Program-made: the position numbers and the translations under genes
Shown here: positions 59,589-64,000 of the stretch, piece after piece
Numbering within the stretch: position 1 is the first letter of the stretch
Layout of the letters: each line of letters opens with the position of its first letter
NCBI GenBank assembly: GCA_965222075.1
Contig: OZ244937.1
Location: forward strand, 1,632,001 to 1,696,000
Length of the DNA: 64,000 nt
Direction of reading: 5' to 3'
DNA from: Candidatus Latescibacterota bacterium
GTDB taxonomy: Bacteria; Latescibacterota; UBA2968; GCA-2709665
Notes under the pieces: model-generated
What the model was told of the DNA's origin: nothing
Seen by the model: the letters and a program-made list of their open reading frames with translations, nothing else
The model's database searches: none

Positions 59589-60359
59589 TTATCTCCCATT
59601 GGCGATCTCTTCTTCTGTCATAGTCAAAATCCGGGGATTGCCATCCATAATAGCAACCACGTGTTCAAAATGTGCCGACGGCAGCCCGTCCGAGGTCGAA
59701 GCGGTCCACCCGTCCCCTGCAACAACCACATCCGGTTCGCCCAGATTGACCATCGGCTCAATGGCCAGCACCATCCCCCTGCGCAGCCGGGGGTTGCGCT
59801 CCAGGGGCAGATAGTTGGGCACGGGGGGCTCTTCGTGCAGCCTCCGGCCGATGCCGTGTCCCACAAACTGCCTGACAACCGAAAATCCCCGCGCCTCGAC
59901 CCACTTCTGAATACCCCCGCAGATATCGGCCAACCGCTGGCCGGCACAGGACGCCTCGATCCCCTTGAAGAGGGACTCGCGGGTCACACACATCAACCTT
60001 TGCGCCTCCGGGGAAGTCTCCCCCACGGCGGTGGTAAGCGCCTGATCGCCATAGTAGCCCCCCAGCTTTGCGCCAATGTCGATGCTGACAAGGTCCCCCT
60101 CTTGCAGTTCCCGATCCCCGGGAATGCCGTGCACCACCTGCTCGTTAATGGAAATACAGGCCGTGGCCGGATACCCGTGGTAGCCCTTAAAAGCCGGTAC
60201 GGCGCCGTAGCCCCGAACCACCTCCTCGGCCACCCGGTCCAGCTCCGCCGTCTTCACCCCGGGCCGGATCAACCCCCGCAACACCCGGTGCGCCAGCCCG
60301 ACCACCCGGCAACTCGCTCGAATCCGGTCGATTTCACGGTCTGTCCGCAGCGCAATCAA
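59589..60359 (-). CDS. map: Type I methionine aminopeptidase
   Basis: CISINEQVVHGIP, DIG..YGD, GHGIG..LHEEP, AIEPM, SAHFEH. Confidence 0.97.
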   Translation of the reverse strand: MIALRTDREIDRIRASCRVVGLAHRVLRGLIRPGVKTAELDRVAEEVVRGYGAVPAFKGYHGYPATACISINEQVVHGIPGDRELQEGDLVSIDIGAKLGGYYGDQALTTAVGETSPEAQRLMCVTRESLFKGIEASCAGQRLADICGGIQKWVEARGFSVVRQFVGHGIGRRLHEEPPVPNYLPLERNPRLRRGMVLAIEPMVNLGEPDVVVAGDGWTASTSDGLPSAHFEHVVAIMDGNPRILTMTEEEIANGR

Positions 60360-60376
60360 CTCGCCCCTCCCGGCCC

Positions 60377-61982
60377 CTACTCGCCAAAGTGCTGCGCAAA
60401 AATCACGAAATCCTGAAAATCGATCTCTCCGTCCCCATTCAAATCCGCGCGCTGGTCATACCCCTCCGCGTCCGGCTTTTTTCCAAATCCCCCGGCAAAG
60501 CTGACAAAGTCGGCAAAATTAACCCGTCCGTCGAAGTTGAGATCTCCCACGGGATCGGACGCGCGGGTGATGCCCTCATCCACCGAAATCGTATAGGAAT
60601 AGCGGAACCTTTTGCCCTCCAGAGAGGTCACGATCGGGACAAAGACCACCTGCTCGTAGCGCTGCACATCCGGAATTTCAACGCGGGAAGCATCCGACGC
60701 CCGGACCACCTCCACCCGATCGGAGATCAGCAGCACCAGGAGCGTCCACGTTGCGTCCCTATCCAGCATAAAAGCCCCTCGCAGTCCCCCGGAGAGGCCC
60801 TTTGGGAGACACCCGGATATAATTGGCCGCCAGGTGATCCACGTTGCCGTACCGCACTCCCGGACCGGGCACAGCGGTGGTCGCTCCAACTTCGGGATAG
60901 TTGCCCGCCTCGGGGTAATATCCCGGCCGCGCCCGTATGTTCGTCAAATAGTTCCACACCGCAAACCCGGGAAACACCGCGGCAAACCCGCCCGCGGGCA
61001 TCCCGGCATCGTAGTGTTCCAGACCGGCATCCGAAGGCTTGCGCTCCTTCAAAACCTCCCACGACCTCCGAATGGACGCCTCCCCGTAGACCTTCGACAG
61101 GTAGTGCGCATAGACCGACGCCCCAAACTTGTGCAGGCCGTCGGATTGATCCAGCGAGACCCCCGGAAATTGGAAGAACTCAGGGATGTACTGGTAGTAG
61201 TCGTTCACATCGGTATAGGCCACATCCTCCATCCACGTGCTCGTCAGCTCGTGCCACCATCCCCCCGACGTGTGGAAATCGTTGTAATAGCCAAACTGAA
61301 CCGCGTGGTAAAATTCGTGCGCCGCCGTCACATGCAGCCCATCCAGCCCCCTCGTTTCGTAGATGGTTTCCGTATAATTGTTGTCGATCTCCACATAGCT
61401 GGCCGAGGCATAACGCCCGGTGGAAACATCCGGATAGGTGAACCCGTAGATCCCCTGGACGCCAAAATTGCGGATATAAATATCGTACACGCCGTCTCCA
61501 TCCGACGGCGGGGGATCATACCTCATCCGGCCGATCTGCAGATCCCGGACGTCTTCGAACGTCCGGCCCACCTCGTCCACATAATCCGGCACACCGTTCC
61601 GGTCCGCATCAACGGGGGCCACCGCATGGCCGCCGGTCCGGTTGTAGTGAATCCGGAAACGCCCCTTTGGAGACATCACGCTGTCCGATGCAGCCGGCCG
61701 CTGGAAAAGGGTGGCAAACGCCTCACGGGTCGTTTTGCTCAACCGGTGCCAGTTGGAAGCCAGGGCCATCACCACGGGCGTCCCGCACACCGCCCGGCCG
61801 GGGATATAGGGACTCCCCGGCGGAAGCGCCTCCCGGTTGAACAGGCCGCAGGCCCGTAAGAAAAGCGTGTGCTCCACCTCCCTGGGCAGGGGAGACAAAT
61901 CGGGCGGTGCCTGCGCATCCAGCCGGGCACCGCCTCCGGATAGAATCAGTACCGATATGATGATGGTCCGGTGTCTTCTCAT
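60377..61982 (-). CDS. Secreted zinc metalloprotease (HEFYH) with C-terminal dockerin/EF-hand-like domain; 1-nt frameshift near 60800
   Basis: VTAAHEFYHAVQ...E.TSTWMED; second frame ends GDLNFDGRVNFADF...ADLNGDGEIDFQDF. Confidence 0.8.
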
Positions 61983-61989
61983 TGCCCTT

Positions 61990-62673
61990 TTATGTCGTCT
62001 CTCCGGCCAACGTCACATAAATGTGGTCTGCCACCTCCAGACCCAGGAAATGCTCCGACTCCCGGTCCACCCTCACCAGCAAGGGCCCGTTAAAAGGCAC
62101 CCGCTCCTTCACCTTCACCTCTACACCGGGCCTCAACCCCAGGGACGCCATGTAGCGAAGCATTTCCGAACTCTGATCGCTCACCTGCTGGATCGTGACG
62201 GTCTGACCCGCCTTGATCTTGGAAAGCAGCTGGTCGTTTCCCTGCTTGATATCCCCGTCCTTGGTCGGAATCGGCGCCCCGTGCGGATCGATGGTGGGAT
62301 ACCCCAGCACCTTGTCGATCCGGTCCTCGAACTCCTCGGAGATCACATGCTCAAGCCGGTCCGCTTCGGCGTCCACTTCGTCCCACCGGTATCCGAGGGC
62401 ATCGGCCAGATAGAGCTCCAGCAACCGGTGGTGGCGGATAATCTCCAGGGCAATCGCCTCTCCCGCCGGCGTCAGCTCTACCCCCTGATACGGCGTATGC
62501 CGCACCAGCTTGATCTCGGCGAGTTTCTTCACCATATTCGTGACCGAAGCCGCCGCAACGTTCATCACCTCCGAAATCGTGGAGGTATGCACGGAAGGGA
62601 CCGGGTTGCGCCCCTTCTGAAGCTTATAGATCTCCTTCAAATAATCCTGTACCGCCTGGCTGAGCATGGCCAT
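61990..62673 (-). CDS. DtxR/MntR-family metal-dependent regulator with FeoA domain
   Basis: QDYLKEIY, ASVTNMVKKL, RHHRLLELYL, LEHVIS, DPHGAPIP. Confidence 0.93.
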   Translation of the reverse strand: MAMLSQAVQDYLKEIYKLQKGRNPVPSVHTSTISEVMNVAAASVTNMVKKLAEIKLVRHTPYQGVELTPAGEAIALEIIRHHRLLELYLADALGYRWDEVDAEADRLEHVISEEFEDRIDKVLGYPTIDPHGAPIPTKDGDIKQGNDQLLSKIKAGQTVTIQQVSDQSSEMLRYMASLGLRPGVEVKVKERVPFNGPLLVRVDRESEHFLGLEVADHIYVTLAGETT

Positions 62674-62766
62674 ACCGAATGCTCCGGATCGCTGAGAAAC
62701 GGAAACCGGGGCAAAAATAACAAGAAAATGCCTTCCGGGCAAGCGAAACCTGGCGAAAGCAGCCCC

Positions 62767-64000
62767 TCAACCGGACAGCAACCACCAGACCTGAGCCACC
62801 AGGAAACAGAGGACAAACCCCATCCCCACGGGCAGCAGCGAAGAAATCGTCGTCCACTTTGCGCTGCGGGTCTCCTTCCAGATCGTGTAAATGGTGGTGG
62901 AACAGGGGTTGTGGACCAGGCTGAAGAGCATCAGGTTGACCGCCGTAAGCAGGGTCCACCCCCCGGCCTGAAAGATCGCGGCTGTGGCCGTTTCGGACTC
63001 CAGTTCGAACATCACCCCCGCGCCTTCGCCCATGCCGGCCATGCCGGCGCTCAACACCGTCAGCATCAGGATGGTTGGAATGACAATCTCGTTTGCGGGG
63101 ATGGCAATCACATAGGCCAGCAGAATCACGCCGTTCAGACCGATCAGCAGCGCAAACGGATGGGTGCCGTTGATGAAGTGCTCGGCCAGGCTGACGCCCC
63201 CCATCTGGATATTGGAAATCAGCCAGATGACGGCCCCGGCAGGCATCGCGAAAATCACCGCCCGCCACAGCACAATAAGCGTGCGGTCGATCACCGAAGT
63301 GTAGATCGTCTGAAGGATGCGGGGCGGGCGGTAAGGCGGAAGCTCCAGGCTGAACGCCGAGGCCTCACCCTTCAGGATCGTGTGCGAAAGCCCCCAGGAA
63401 ACGACAAAGGAGAGGACCACGCCCAGGACCGCTACCCCCACCACAGCCCCCGCCGAGACCAGCCCCGCCAGGTGCGCGGGCGCCAGCCCGCCGATAAAGA
63501 TGGTGGCCACCAGGATCTGGGTGGGCCAGCGCCCGTTGCAAAGCGCGAAATTGTTCGTAATAATGGCAATCAACCGCTCCCTGGGGCTGTCGATCACACG
63601 GGTGGAAACAATGGCGGCCGCGTTGCACCCAAACCCCATGCTCATCGTAAGCGCCTGCTTACCGTGCGCGCCCGCCTTTTTGAACAGATTATCCAGGTTG
63701 AACGCCACCCGGGGCAGGTACCCGAAATCCTCCAACAGGGTAAAAAGCGGAAAGAAGATCGCCATCGGCGGAAGCATCACGCTCACGACCCAGGCCATGG
63801 CCAGGTAGACCCCGTCCAGCAGAAAGCCGTCCAGCCACCAGGGCATTCCGATGCCCGCGGCAACCCCCTTCAGCACGGGATGAACCGTATCCAGCAGCAG
63901 GGTCGCCAGCATGCTCGACGGCACATTGGCGCCTGCAATGGTCAACCAGAACACCACCATCAGCATCAGCAGCATAATCGGAAACCCCAGCCAGCGGCTT
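62767..64000 (-). CDS. feoB: Ferrous iron transporter FeoB (C-terminal membrane part; 5' end outside window)
   Basis: [37 protein letters not shown]. Confidence 0.93.
   Translation of the reverse strand, partial: SRWLGFPIMLLMLMVVFWLTIAGANVPSSMLATLLLDTVHPVLKGVAAGIGMPWWLDGFLLDGVYLAMAWVVSVMLPPMAIFFPLFTLLEDFGYLPRVAFNLDNLFKKAGAHGKQALTMSMGFGCNAAAIVSTRVIDSPRERLIAIITNNFALCNGRWPTQILVATIFIGGLAPAHLAGLVSAGAVVGVAVLGVVLSFVVSWGLSHTILKGEASAFSLELPPYRPPRILQTIYTSVIDRTLIVLWRAVIFAMPAGAVIWLISNIQMGGVSLAEHFINGTHPFALLIGLNGVILLAYVIAIPANEIVIPTILMLTVLSAGMAGMGEGAGVMFELESETATAAIFQAGGWTLLTAVNLMLFSLVHNPCSTTIYTIWKETRSAKWTTISSLLPVGMGFVLCFLVAQVWWLLSG

Noticed and set aside
60790-60812. Programmed -1 frameshift at CCCAAAGGG in the protease-dockerin gene
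   Set aside because: Joining the domains needs a +1 shift and the heptamer is not in slippery phase; a homopolymer indel is more likely.
239-64000. Long plus-strand ORFs such as 4941-6125, 6186-7601, 35065-36702 and 56722-58269
   Set aside because: Antisense shadows of well-supported minus-strand genes in GC-rich DNA; no recognisable motifs.
1-64000. tRNA or rRNA genes
   Set aside because: No cloverleaf or rRNA signatures recognised.

Overview
GC-rich bacterial chromosomal window; nearly all genes are on the minus strand. The gene content (GWxTD protein, PorV-like protein, TonB receptor, dockerin-like domain, DUF6785-like transporters) suggests an FCB-group lineage such as Latescibacterota; this is an inference. 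Left (1-25.9 kb): two near-identical DUF6785/OPT-like membrane proteins flanking a giant M28-like/FtsX fusion, a TonB/T9SS-like envelope cluster, an FGE-sulfatase-domain lipoprotein and a probable UxxC selenoprotein split by an in-frame TGA. Middle (26-38.3 kb): a mosaic defence-like island at the trailer end of the CRISPR array. Here UDG-like glycosylases, an Nmad3-like protein, a PD-(D/E)XK nuclease, an EEP nuclease, TA genes and an AlbA/RecG-like protein are punctuated by solitary, co-oriented CRISPR repeats of three different families and by short CCTGCCTG..CAGGCAGG palindromic insertions. Next come a ~86-repeat array (38286-44695) and a complete type I-B cas operon (cas8b-7-5-3-6-1-2-4). 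The operon's 5' region carries a one-spacer mini-array matching its own promoter next to a TTA PAM-like triplet, and a WYL regulator with a palindromic operator lies upstream. Right: aspartyl protease, broken Fic, OM/lipoproteins, map, metalloprotease-dockerin, MntR/DtxR and partial feoB. All calls are from manual motif recognition; no searches were run.
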